Of a stretch of DNA of 64,000 nt, positions 39,147-51,100 are shown in pieces (within the stretch, counting starts at the first letter, position 1; each line of letters starts with the position of its first letter). Origin of the DNA: Takakia lepidozioides (taxonomy: Eukaryota > Plantae > Bryophyta); contig CM060731.1 in NCBI GenBank assembly GCA_030704615.1, positions 75,020,001 to 75,084,000 of the forward strand, in the 5' to 3' direction. Both the position numbers and the translations under genes were made by a program. The notes below the pieces were generated by a model. That model had not been told where the DNA came from, ran no database searches, and saw only the letters and a program-made list of their open reading frames with translations.

Positions 39147-39536
39147 GGTATATACATATACCAATGTTGGACTGGCATCAAGTTTTTTCTATATACCAGA
39201 CTGGTCCTGGACGTATCACAAAACTTTCATACCAGTCTGGTCTATATAATGGTGGATGTACTTTTTTTCCAAGTACTGGTGTGAGTATGAGATATCAACT
39301 CTGGTATCATTCCAAAGCCTTCTTGAACTATAAGTTTATCAAATAGCAAGTATCAAGTGAAAGAGTAAATGAGGAAGATGGCAGGGGAGTACTGGTTTTG
39401 TGGCTGGTAGGAAGAAACTGATACCAGCCTGGTCTGGTATATGACCAAGTATTCTCCCAAATGATACCAGACTGGTCCGGTATCTAATACCAGTGCATAT
39501 ACCACTATATATACCAGTCCAACACTGATATATACC
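39147..39536. repeat. MITE-like inverted-repeat element with internal ACCAG-n-CTGGT palindromes
   Basis: ggtatata..tgttggactgg (39147-75) is inverted to ccagtccaaca..tatatacc (39514-36). taccag(a/t/c)ctggtc recurs near 39194, 39230, 39422 and 39465. Confidence 0.5.
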
Positions 39537-39920
39537 TGTTTTGTCCAAAACTCCAGGAATTTAGCTCGTCTTGTGGGGGTTAATAAAGTTTTAAGGGCCT
39601 CTGTTATGAAAAATCCGAGAGCATTTTCATCCACACGGGGTGAGCAATGCAGATGCGCAGCTTCTGCTCCATCTCGGCTGCGCTTTCATGGTGTTCATCG
39701 TGGCCCGCGCTGGTGTGCAGGTGTGTAGCTTCTTCATATTCTGAAGATTTCTTCGAAGATATTAGCTTGAATGCTGAGTTGGGTCTTGTGACGTGAAGTT
39801 TACGGTTTGTATACATGTGGTAGATCAATATGCACACTCAAATTGGTAAATGGAAGCTATTCATGTACGCGGTAATCTCTTGTAAGAATCTAAAGCGAAA
39901 ATTCTGGCGGACTTTGGTCA

Positions 39921-42874
39921 ATGGCCCGCAAAATGTTACGACCTCTTTTGAGTAATGTGATTGAGGTTGAGGGAGATGATGGACAGGTGCAGCTAAGAGT
40001 TATGGAGCAGCTGCAGCAGCACATGCCCAGGCTGCAAAGTCTCACAGGGTGGAAGGTGTCCTGTCTTCGCCGTCAATGGAGCCAGAAGGTGCAGGCAAGC
40101 ACAAAAGTGGGTTCGGATTTAGAGGGAAACCGGGGCACAGAGCCGGAGGTTGAGGAGGCCGTGGAAAACTGGGAAGCACCGTGCATACAGAAGCTTTACG
40201 AAGATGATTTGGTCATTGCCATAGCAAAACCTGGTACACTTCTTGTAAGCCAGCTCTCTGTCTCCGTCTCTGTCTCTGTTCCGGAGCAATGTCTGCGTTT
40301 CCCTGAAACAAGGTTTTCTCAGTTAACTCCGTTTGGAAACAAGTAAAGGTAAATGAACTGTTGGAAAATGCCTAGGGTTTGGCTGGTTGGGGGGGCTCTT
40401 GACGGGGTTGATTGCTTGGAATTTGTTTTCGACCTGCAAGTGGCTGAAGGAATCTACATGGGAGATTGCAACGCACACTATTGGTAACTTGTGCATCATT
40501 TATTCATTTGCCGTTCTCGGGAAGTACAGACGTTGGTTTACTGGTTCCTTCATATTTGTAATCTGTTTTTCATGATCTCTCATTCCAGTTTATCGGTGAA
40601 ATGTTTGATTCACCTTGTCAGTTTCTAGGTAGTACACTGACTTAGGGCCTTCTCAGTCAAGGTCTATGGCATGCAGAACTAGCTTAACTTATTTCAATCC
40701 ATTATGAGCTGGTCAAACACATGGGCTATTTGTGTTGGTTTCATGTATAAATGCACTCAAGCCCCAACATCATTTTGCTTATATGTTTTCAGCATTGGGG
40801 GTTGCAGCAAAACACCATGTTTTGGAATGTCAGAGTTGTTAAATGGATGCAGGTGCATAACAACAAAGCAGCGACCTGGGAGGAGAAGCAACGAAATGCT
40901 TTTGCAAAGGATCTTGTGGAGGCACAACATACCTTGGGTATGTCTATGCATCTGCGCATACTACACATAGACATATGAAACTACATACTCTTACATTTAT
41001 GAAGTAGCCTGTTGATTATCCCATTGTGCAATGATAGAAGTTGTGGAGTCCGAGGCTTTGAACTCCAATCTCAGCCCATTATTTGCAGTTATGGAAGGGG
41101 GCAGTGGAGGAAGAGTTGGTTTGGACTGGAGCTGTGCATGTGGAAGTGTAATGGAGGAAGAGAGTTGGAAGAGATTTTCACATCAGGCATTTAGTTTTGT
41201 GGATTCATATTCGAGAAAGGCTGTCTCTGAGTACATGAGGTTGCATATTTCTGTGCATGGTGAAGGAAAGCGTGTGAATCCTGTACACCGTCTAGACCGG
41301 GCGGCCAGTGGAGTCATGTTGTTTGCCAAGTCTGGTGCTGCTGCTCGAGCCGCCCAAGCTGCTCTCTCTCATTCTACTGCCATTAAGGAGTGAGCTTCTT
41401 TGAACATCGTGTCATGTTTGAAGTCACATCATAGCCGACCTCATAATCTGTACTGTTGTCATGTCAATGCCACACAAGGGAAATGTACTTATTAAACTTG
41501 CACAAATCCTTGTCATGTACTCATGACCTGCACGTGTTTACACAGAAAGAATGGAGATTGAAGGAACCACATACTGTCCACATTAGACCAACAGGGTCCT
41601 GTGTGCTCTGTAGGTGAGACCTCAATGTACATAAATATACTAGGATGTATATGATGCAGATATGTGGTCCTGGCAAGAGGATGCACGCCGGACTCCTTCA
41701 TATGTGATGACCCAGTTAAGGACGATAAGGTATATGATCTTCTCTCATCTCCCCATCTGTATCTGGCTAATGTGGACAACTCAACTCCAATACTTATGGT
41801 GTTGGATATCACTGAAACAGATGCTGGATTCATCATTCTGCTGCTAACTTCTTTGGAACAGGGCATTCTAAGACCGGCAATAACCGAGTGTGAGAAGCTC
41901 TTGGATCTTCCTCAAGCGCGATGCTCCTTGCTGAAGGTGTTCTTTCTGCCCAAAAGCTCTAGTCGGAGGCAACTGCCATTTAATACATGCTTTAGGCTAA
42001 CTCTGCTTGCTCTTGGGCAGTCTTCCAGTCTTATTGTAGGATCAAAAAACAATGTTGTTGAGCTGAGCTGTCCAACCTACTGAAGGTGGTGTGACACACA
42101 GGTGGTGATAAAGACAGGACGGTGGCATCAGATACGCAAGCATCTCAACCACCGTGCATCCCACGTCTGTCACGAATCTCAAGCTCCACGCTTCCTGAGG
42201 TTTCATGTATTGTTGATTAGAGGGTTTGTTCTGGTTTTACCATGTGTCAGTGCTTCTTCCTCCAATCACATTGAAGCAGCTCTTTTTCATCATTTTCCCC
42301 ATGTATAACACTTGCATTGTTGAGTGAGGAGAGCGGATCAACACAGTGCGTTAACTATATCATCTCTGTTGCTTGTCTCTCTGTGTCTGCCTTTTCACAT
42401 GTGCAGGTTGTCGGGGATGTTCGGCATGGGAAGGGAGGGACAAATCGCTACTTTCGAGATCATTATAACATGCCATCAGGCCGCATTTTTTTACATGCTT
42501 CTTGCCTCACTTTCCCTTACCATCAGTTTCTATCAGTACTTACTAATCAGACTTCAGAATCAAATCACTCGCAACATACTTGGGGTGTGGCGTCCCCCAG
42601 GGTAGACTGTTCTCATGAGAACTCTTGGGGTGTGGATTCATTGGTTTCGAGCACAACTCCAGCCTTATTAACAAGAGAAGGGGACGTTGAAGCTCTGGAG
42701 GAAATGCGTTCAAGGGCATGGATGGCATCAGGAGTCTCATTCAATCCAGATGCAAAGACTGGGCTTCAACTTACCATCCGAGCCATGCTTCCAGAAGACC
42801 TGCAACAGGTTTTACTTGCGGTGCCTGACAATCTCTCTAAGGAGACCCTGCTCTCTCTTGGTCTCCTCTTATAA
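39921..42874 (+). CDS. RluA-family RNA pseudouridine synthase (TruC-like), about 7 exons; possible transit-peptide exon at 39606-39720
   Basis: LYEDDLVIAIAKPGTLL|VH, VNPVHRLDRAASGVMLFAKS (catalytic Asp), KE|YVVLARG, KTGRWHQIRKHL and VVGDVRHG...IFLHA. Confidence 0.9.
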
Positions 42875-45800
42875 TGACTGTCCTTGATTGTTCCTCACCT
42901 ACCATCTACTGGGTGGGGTGAAGGTTTTGCTTCAGGGACGTTGTAAGTCGGATTGAAAATTAGCAAACTTAGGAAACAAACGGATACTAATCAAGTTGAG
43001 TACCCAAGACTAACTTTAATCCTGAAAAAGTTGTGGTGACCAGGCAAATTGGCTTGTTGTGTGGGTTCGGGGGGCTGCTTGACTTGAATTTTTGCTTCTT
43101 GCATAGACTGTAATCGTTCATGCCATGCATGACATTTCTTTCCAGTATATCAAGCACAGTGAATGATGCATTCTGCATGTATTGCAAACATGTGGATCTA
43201 AAGACTACTCCCTCTGATTCTCAGACTTCCATTGTCCACTTCCACTTAGAAACTCCCGTTTTTTCCGGATGTGGAGATGCATTACCAAATATTTGTTGCC
43301 TGTCCTACATACTAATGAGATCTAGGCCAGATATGAGAGGGTGGGTTACCAAACACACAGCTACTTCCCTTTGAGCTCAAAATACTACTCAGTTTAAAGG
43401 CTCCCCCTCCTAGTCTTCAGCTGGAAAAGTGAATATCGTGGCCGGGAAATGTTTTGCCCATTTCTTTGGTATTAGAGCTGATGTCGGTCTCTTTATGGAA
43501 TGGGCTGCGGGTCTGTCCGTGGGAAATATGTCATTGTCAGAAAATTGAACGCACCCTCGTAATTCTTAATATTGCTCAGCTGTTTCTATGGCGGCGAAAT
43601 GCTGCATGATTACCATGAGAATGATGGAAAGGAGAAAGTACACTGTGCGAAGATAAACAGTATGAACACATAAGAGGAGTCGCCCCACATTGTCCAGTGT
43701 GCTTCACCCCAGTCCATGCACGCAATGTCTCCCACCTCAGAAGTGGTAATACTGTACTCCCCTCTGCAAGCGTACCTAAGCACAGTGGCCGACGACAATG
43801 GAATGGCCGTTGTTGAGGAGGATTTGATTTGCATAACATTCCACTTTGAGCCAGGGACTGTCCATGTGGTTAGAGAGGTGTACGATAGTAGTGGGAAGGT
43901 CGAGGGCCGCATAAACGGAGGTGCCCAGTGTCTAGCTTGCTAGTTAGCCCTACCTGTATACTGAATCTTATCTGGAAGGGCCATCTGGTACGACGAGCTT
44001 GACTCTCCTTTACAAGTCCCTTGTGGCGACCAGGTGTAGAAAAGGCTTGGACACTTCAAATATCATCAGGTCTTATTGTAGTGTTTCAACTTTCGTTCTT
44101 CGGACATCTACCATCTAGTTCTGGCAGCGCCATCATGCAAATCTCCAGTCGCCCTGCCAAGATGAAAGTCTCTTGTTCTCTGTGGCTACTGTTTTGCAAG
44201 CCTTACAGCTGCAGATATCCGTGAGCAACATTCTAGTACCGGAATGATGAGCACGAGTTCAGAGGATTGGCCAGTGCTCCGCGAATCCCATAAGGCGCAC
44301 CAACGCAACAACCCTAGGAGAACAGCCTTGGAACAAGAGACCATCCCAGACGTCTATTGAACTCATGAATCAAGAGCCTACATACCTTCGCAATTTCTCA
44401 TACGAAAGCAGCACGCTTTGCTTCTCTACCACAATTTATTCCACGAGGTCCACACAGACAGAAGCTCTGTACAATCCACACCTTCCTCATGTCGCTCCCC
44501 AGATCACGTCGGCACCATTCTTGCCTCGATCACACGCAAAACACTACATGACAGAGACGAATATTAATATACGGTATACGCAACATGCGTGCACGCGTAC
44601 TAGACTTTGTACGTACATCACGGCCACGACATGCACGGAGCACATGGGCCCCACGCCTACTACCTGGTCGTCTACCCACATACTTTATGCTTGCGTAGAT
44701 GTACTATATCCAAGTATAATACAGTGGAGAATCTGATATATATACACGATTCCGTCTCTGTGTCGCCTTCTTCCTCCCTCTCCGAATCTTTCGCGAGTAA
44801 GGACGTGGGAAGATCCATGCATGCAACTTGAAGAATACTCGGGAAAGCTTGGGGGTGGCAGTGCAGGGGTACAGCCTCAGGATGTCAATGGGGAGAGCAC
44901 TCAGCTTTCTCTGCGTCACTGTGTGGTGTGTCCGATTTCCGGAGGACGACGGTTTCGGTGATGGCAGAGAACGCCTAGTGACGAGAAGGAAGACTTCCAG
45001 ATCTAGGGTTTCAAGAAAGCTGTCTGTTGTGAGGCCTTGGGATTCGAAACATGTGAGCACCTGTACCAAAGTATATATCGATATATCCCAGTTCGGCCCT
45101 TCCAGGTATCAGTGGGCTGCTGTGACTCCATGTGGATGAGTGATACACTTACCATTTAACTACATTGTCGACGGTGCAGGTGCGACTGTATGCTGAGGTG
45201 CGTCAGAATGAGGGCCTTCTTCGTCATGATGCCATAAGAGTCGTAACAACTCCTACGCGGACTAGGTGCGCGTGAGAAGAAGAAAAAGAGAAAGATATGA
45301 ATGTGCTTTAGTTTAGAACTATTTCGCATCTGTAGTCAGGTTGCAATATTGTACGAGAAATCATGTGAGAATTCCAAGAGAGAAAGGAAAGCATGCCGAC
45401 TATCGTCTAGACGGCAGGGGTGATTACGTATAAAGAGGCCGCATTACGAGAGAAGATTGACATCTAAAATCTACTGCTGTGCCGCAGTCCCGCAAGCTGA
45501 CATATAGGGTCGGTTGGACAGACATATTGCAGCCAAGCCTGTGCGTATTGTATGGGCAGCACCGAATTCAAGCGTTAAGCACCAGCCTGCGAAGTATCAG
45601 AAGGTGGTGCGGCAGCGATCCTCGTCAGTCAGGTAAGAAGTCTGGCCAGCAACTGAAAATTGAAGCATACAAGGTTCCATGAAAAATGGCTAGGATCTGC
45701 CAGAGTCGCTCGACAGATCGTTCTAGTGCAAGCGTCGTTAAATTTGGCTGACCTACGCACCTGCAACGTTTCTACAAGCTGATGATGGGTTGACTTCTCA

Positions 45801-46927
45801 TGGCAGACGGCGGACTGAATCACGAATGGCATCGATATATAAGAGGAACCCAAAATTACGAGAACTATATAAGGAATTAGTTCAGGTCGTCAGGAATGGA
45901 GTAACAGGGGTCCTGTTCAAAAGAAAACTATGCGTCCGTGGGCAGTTGAAGAAGGTGCTATACGCAGCACTGACCTCGTATTGACGTGCAGAATTCAAGT
46001 GCAGAATTTTTTGCAAGAAAAATTGCGGTGAATCATTGTGTGTTTCACTGGTCGGAAAGGTTTAGTACATATTGAACACTTGCTGATAGTAGTAGTTGTA
46101 ATTCGCCTTCAGGAGCAACCGTTAGTTTCATTTATCGCTCAGATGTCTTGTATGTTTCTTTATGTAGATATCAGCAAACAGCTCATATATGGAAGGAGCT
46201 CGACCATCGGCCTCTGTAATCTCTTGAACTATTTACTTCTATATATCCATCCCTTTCGAGCCCTTCCCAACAGATCGTGACATTCTCTGGACATCAACTC
46301 TGCACTGATCATACTCCCTGCAACCTTTCTGGAAAACAATTTGAAATATGCCACCTTGTCGCACGCGGTAAAAAAGTCGCTCATGAAGCAAATACTGAGC
46401 ACTGATAAATGTACTGCACAAACATTGTTCACGATATTGCTCAAATATGTTGTTATACATTGGTCCCATGTCCCTGTACATCCAGCCCCAGCTACCTAGT
46501 TTGCTTCGAGATCATAACCGTGGTGTAATTCCTAATCGAGCTACCCTCCGGTCGCTTGATGACTGCAGCTCTATGATGGTACTTGAGAAGCTGTACTGGT
46601 GATCAAGCAGGCGGGGATCATACAAACCGCCTGACCAGTACATAATCTGAGGGCACCGGAGACAAGTCTTGAACCCGCTTAAACAATTTCTCAATGAAAG
46701 CCGGTTTGCAATGCAAGAATCACCACTCTGCTATAATCCTCCCATGATTCGCTATTTCTGTCATAAAGTTTTTCTTTCCTCGTGTCCAAGCAGTGGGCAG
46801 TGTGCCATGAATGCGCCCCATGCACAGCTCACAAACTGTTGTATACACTGTCGAGTCGTCTTCTCCGCGGAGGGTGGGCAAATCGGTGATGATGATGATC
46901 GGAGAATACGGAAGGCCACAATGGGCC

Positions 46928-47026
46928 CGTTCGTCGGGATATTACCGACGGAGACTGATCGTTCGTCAGGATTGTGCCGACGGAGCCATGCGTCGATGAT
47001 CGTTCGTCGGGATAGTACCGGCGGAG
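46928..47026. repeat. Three 26-bp direct repeats, each an internal hairpin
   Basis: cgttcgtcgggatattaccgacggag (46928), cgttcgtcaggattgtgccgacggag (46960), cgttcgtcgggatagtaccggcggag (47001). Confidence 0.8.
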
Positions 47027-47231
47027 CTATCCGTCCACGCCCCTTCGTTGGCCCTTGCTCGGCCACGTCACCCCATTTCCGTCGGCCGCGCATTGAGATT
47101 TGTTTATTTTATTTTATGATTTGTTCTTCTTTAAATGCTTAATATCAAGAGTCCGCAGATCACATCATTTTGCTTGCTTAGGCTTGTGAACGACGTTACC
47201 AATCATCGTCCCACATTGTATCAATTTCATA

Positions 47232-48090
47232 GGCCAAGGCCGGATTTCAAACAGAATATTACTTCTTATTTCCCTGTGGATCCATAGCTACAAGAAATCT
47301 GCGTGGTACTAGTAAGAAAGTTGTAGGTTACTAGTGGATGAAGTAGTGACTCGGTGTGGGCTCCCCGCGCGACACGTGGTAGACTAAGGATTTGAACGTT
47401 GACATGCACACTCCACACCTTGCGTTTGCTACAAACAAGCGCAGTGCTGCAAGGCAACGGATTCAAATCTGTGGAGGCAAAGATTATTGGATGGAAAGGA
47501 TGTATCTGGGGGCTCATAGATGGGAGCTGGTAGAAAGGACATGTACGGCCGACCGGGGAGCTCGTTCTGGAATGGCGAGCAGAATCGTGGAGTAGAGAGA
47601 AGTCATCAGGACAGTCGGTGGGAGAGAATGCAACGATTTCCTCATGAATTTTGAAACCTATCGTGGTGTGAGATATGAATCCATGTTCTTTTAGGTGTTT
47701 TTGATGTTCCCAACGGATTGTGGACAATTGGAGCCCAGCTTGAAGACGATATTCGGTAGTAGCCAATTTGAATTCGTGCTCTCGGTCTGGGGAAGTCAAT
47801 TCATGTCGAGGAAGTCCTCTCAGACTACTTTCTTGAAGCGCTTATTCTTCCACTTGCTCCGTTTTTTGTCATTAATGTTTACATTTAGAGGTCTGTTGAG
47901 GTGTGTGATTCTGCAGAGGGAGCTTCAGAGGCAGAGTGAAACACTCTGCCCTATGTTCAGGCGAGTGAAATCTTTATACAATTTAGAATCCCATGATTGC
48001 ACCACCTGGATCCTCTAGACAGATTTATAATGGCATCACTGACATAGCAACTGAAGTAGTTCATGGAAACGCGCCTTGGCAACAAGTTGA
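47232..48090 (+). pseudogene. Second relic PDF-PPR paralogue, heavily frameshifted
   Basis: RPDFKQNITS/SLWIHSYKKSAW at 47235-47308; DNA tccctgtggatccatagctacaagaaatctgcgtgg vs tccctgtggattgatagctacaagaaacctgcatgg. Downstream PPR-like scraps QRIVDNWS and LGKSIHVE are weaker. Confidence 0.65.
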
Positions 48091-48162
48091 ACCCTAAAAA
48101 GTCCCAAGCCCTTTCATGATTCTGATTTTTGTAGTGAGGACTTAGGTTTTAACCTACTTGAT

Positions 48163-51100
48163 ATGGCCATGGAGGGATGGCCACTCGTTGGCTCCCCACA
48201 GGATGCATTGACCGGGATTCCTATGGTACATTTAGGGTTTTCTTCTGCCTCACAGGATCGAATAATGCACAGGTGCAGATCGTCCTTACGAAGTTCTAAG
48301 GGGGAATTTTTAGGTAGGGACCCTGACCGTAGTTTCCATGGTCTGAACCCTGGCCTTCAAGCTAAGCCTATCTCGATTCGTCTCCCTGGCGTCCGCCGCT
48401 TGTTTGCGACTTTGACTCCCACAAGATCCGCCAGGGATCCCAGGCGGCGAAAGGAAGGTGACATGCGCCCGACCAAATTCTCAGAATCGCTGGTAAATGA
48501 GCTTGTTAAGCTGTTTGGCATAATGCACTTGTATTGAAGCAGCTTCAATGTTACTTAATCCTCCTTTCATATTTTGAGATTTGGAATGCATGTCTCTTAG
48601 TTAGTGAGGGAGAAAGAAGGAGAGGGGGAGAACAGAATCTAGTCACCGTTCCTCGCGAACATTGGCTCAGACATATCCATAGTCCAGGCGGTACGCTCAC
48701 CCAGTGATTCCAGCCGAAGTCTACCTGAGACTACCATAGCTTGAGTACAGCTGACAAAAATTCAGTGACAGGGTATTGAATGCTGGGTGTTGATGTACAC
48801 ATTCCATCGACTTGAGCTTGATCTCAGCACTGCTGCTCTGGTCTTCTAGCTGGATAGAGAGAAGTGAAGGCTCAGAAGTCTATTATGTCCATGAGGAGAG
48901 CAAGAATTGAAGTGAAAGGATACTTTATGATGTCCGCGGGAAGCTCAAAGAGCTTATGTGACAAGCATGAAACAAGAAAGAAGCTGGTGCCCACCACAAG
49001 CAGCCCGAAGACAACTACTGCTTAAGGGATTGTTAAGAGTCAAAGCCTCATGCAGATGTGCTAAGCATTTCTGATCCTCTTAGTGGAACACCTCTGTGAG
49101 AGAAAAAAACTTTATAACATCGACAAAGGGGCTGAGGGCCTATTGCTAAGAGAAATGAAATGAAACGGTGCTGTATAACGTCCGCGGAAAGCTCATAGAG
49201 CTTATGGGACAAAATGGAAGAAAGCATGAGAGAGGAACAAATCCAGAAACCACAATTAATGTTCTAGCGATTGTCTAAGGGTGAAGGCCTCGTGCAGGTA
49301 GGCTGCCAAGCATTTTTTATCCTCATAGTGGAAGACATCAGTGAGAGTTTAGGTTCTACTGAATAAACAGTGGAATCTCCCACGGATCTCGTAGTATAGA
49401 GGGCAGTAGAAGAAGAGAGAAAGAGGACTTATCAGTGCTGAGAAAGAGAGAGAGGTACATATCTGAACCCAAAAAATTGTCCTCGTCATATTATGAAATG
49501 GCAGGAAACAAGACCAGATGTGGAAGGGGCTGCAAAACGTGCGAAGAGCCCTGCAGACAAACTTGGGGACTGGTCCAGAGGTTGGCCTGGCGGCGAGACT
49601 GCTCTCATTGGCTGGGTGAGTTTAGTGAAACGTTGGACTCCATTTCCTAGCAGGAGGCAACTCGTCGAAGTCTTAGGGAACTGTGATTAGCAGATTGGCA
49701 AGGCCTTTCTTATTGTTGTACATGTTGTATCAGTACACTGATGCAAAGCCAATGTGCAATTATCATGACAAAGCTTAGAAACTAAAAAGAAGAGGGAAGC
49801 ATCGAATGATTTGAAATTAATTGGCTGTCTGTACTTGCATTGAGTCTGTGTTGCAGGTGGAAATGTTGGAGCTCAAACCCAGCGTTGCTCGGGAATTTGC
49901 CCAAAGGTACTTGTGAGGCTTCCTGTTTCTTTCTTCCTCCTCCCCTTACAATTTCCTCCCCCCTCCCTCCCTTTCTTGATTTTCTCTCCTTTTCTTTTAC
50001 CTTTTTTGTCTCACCATCCGTCTCACTCCTTGGCAGCTTCTAATATGATCCAATGCCAGCTGTTATATAAACTTCCAATGATCTGTAACCGAATTGTCAG
50101 CAGCTGTGTACTAGCAGTGTGGTGATATCAGGTTGAGTCCCATGTACACTGGTGGGCTGAAATCCCACCAAGGGATCCAGGATGGATGGTCTTCTGCATG
50201 ACTATGCCCTCAGGTTTCATCACAGCAGGAAATGTCCATCCAGTACATTCTTTCTTTAATTTAAGTCCCGTCTCTGGCTCATGCCTGCTCTCTTCCTGCC
50301 TTTTGTATGTGTCTCTGTCACTTCTAGCCTCTTTCTTACCTTGCCTCTTGCATGATTCTGTATTCTGTGCGAAGTTCCTAGCTGAAACTGACAGGCATTG
50401 CATCTGTCTGAGAAATGTAGTTATGATCCAGAAAAGCTAGCAGAGATGATGGCAGAGCAGCCAGGACAAGTGCGGGCACGTGCCCTCGCTATCCTCAAAA
50501 ACCTTGGATTCTTCTCCGCAAACATTTTGCTTGATAAGCAGGTAAATTGAATACAGCTCCTGTATAGAGTAAAGGGTTTTTCATAAATGCCATTTGGCGA
50601 TTTCATGGATGGAATACTTTAATCTAGTTCACCATGATCAAAACATGTCAGTCAGAAAGTCATCATAGCATGGACTTTGAGCCTTTTGTGGATACAAGAG
50701 AAAAGATAGATTCCATTACTGAAGAAATGCAGACCATATAGCAAAGCATGTAAAGCTACTTGTGAAAGTCTGAGAGAGTAAGTAGTTCGGTAAAACTTGC
50801 TCAACTTTACGATCTGTGACCCAAGCCCAATCCTTTGACATTAGGATCTTATTTCCATAAGTGATTCTTTGTAGAGAGGAAAGCAAGACAAGCAGCGAAA
50901 ACAGCAGCGCGCACGTGAACTTCGTCAAATTCTTTGCCAACTTGGTCCTTCCTTCATCAAGGTATTTGGTATTCCAGCCAGGACCTCCAAAACTTAGAGC
51001 TTGGCTGAAAAAAATAGAACAATCAGGAACTAGGGGATTAGAAAGTATGTTCCGAGGGAGGGTGGTGGTTGATTGTTGCACATGTTAATTCATTTTTGTC

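Noticed and set aside
43420-44230. Protein-like fragments on both strands (possible P-loop or F-box relic)
   Set aside because: No consistent frame or convincing motif.
46928-47026. 26-bp hairpin repeats as a mini-CRISPR
   Set aside because: Only three copies, with 6- and 15-nt spacers and no cas genes.
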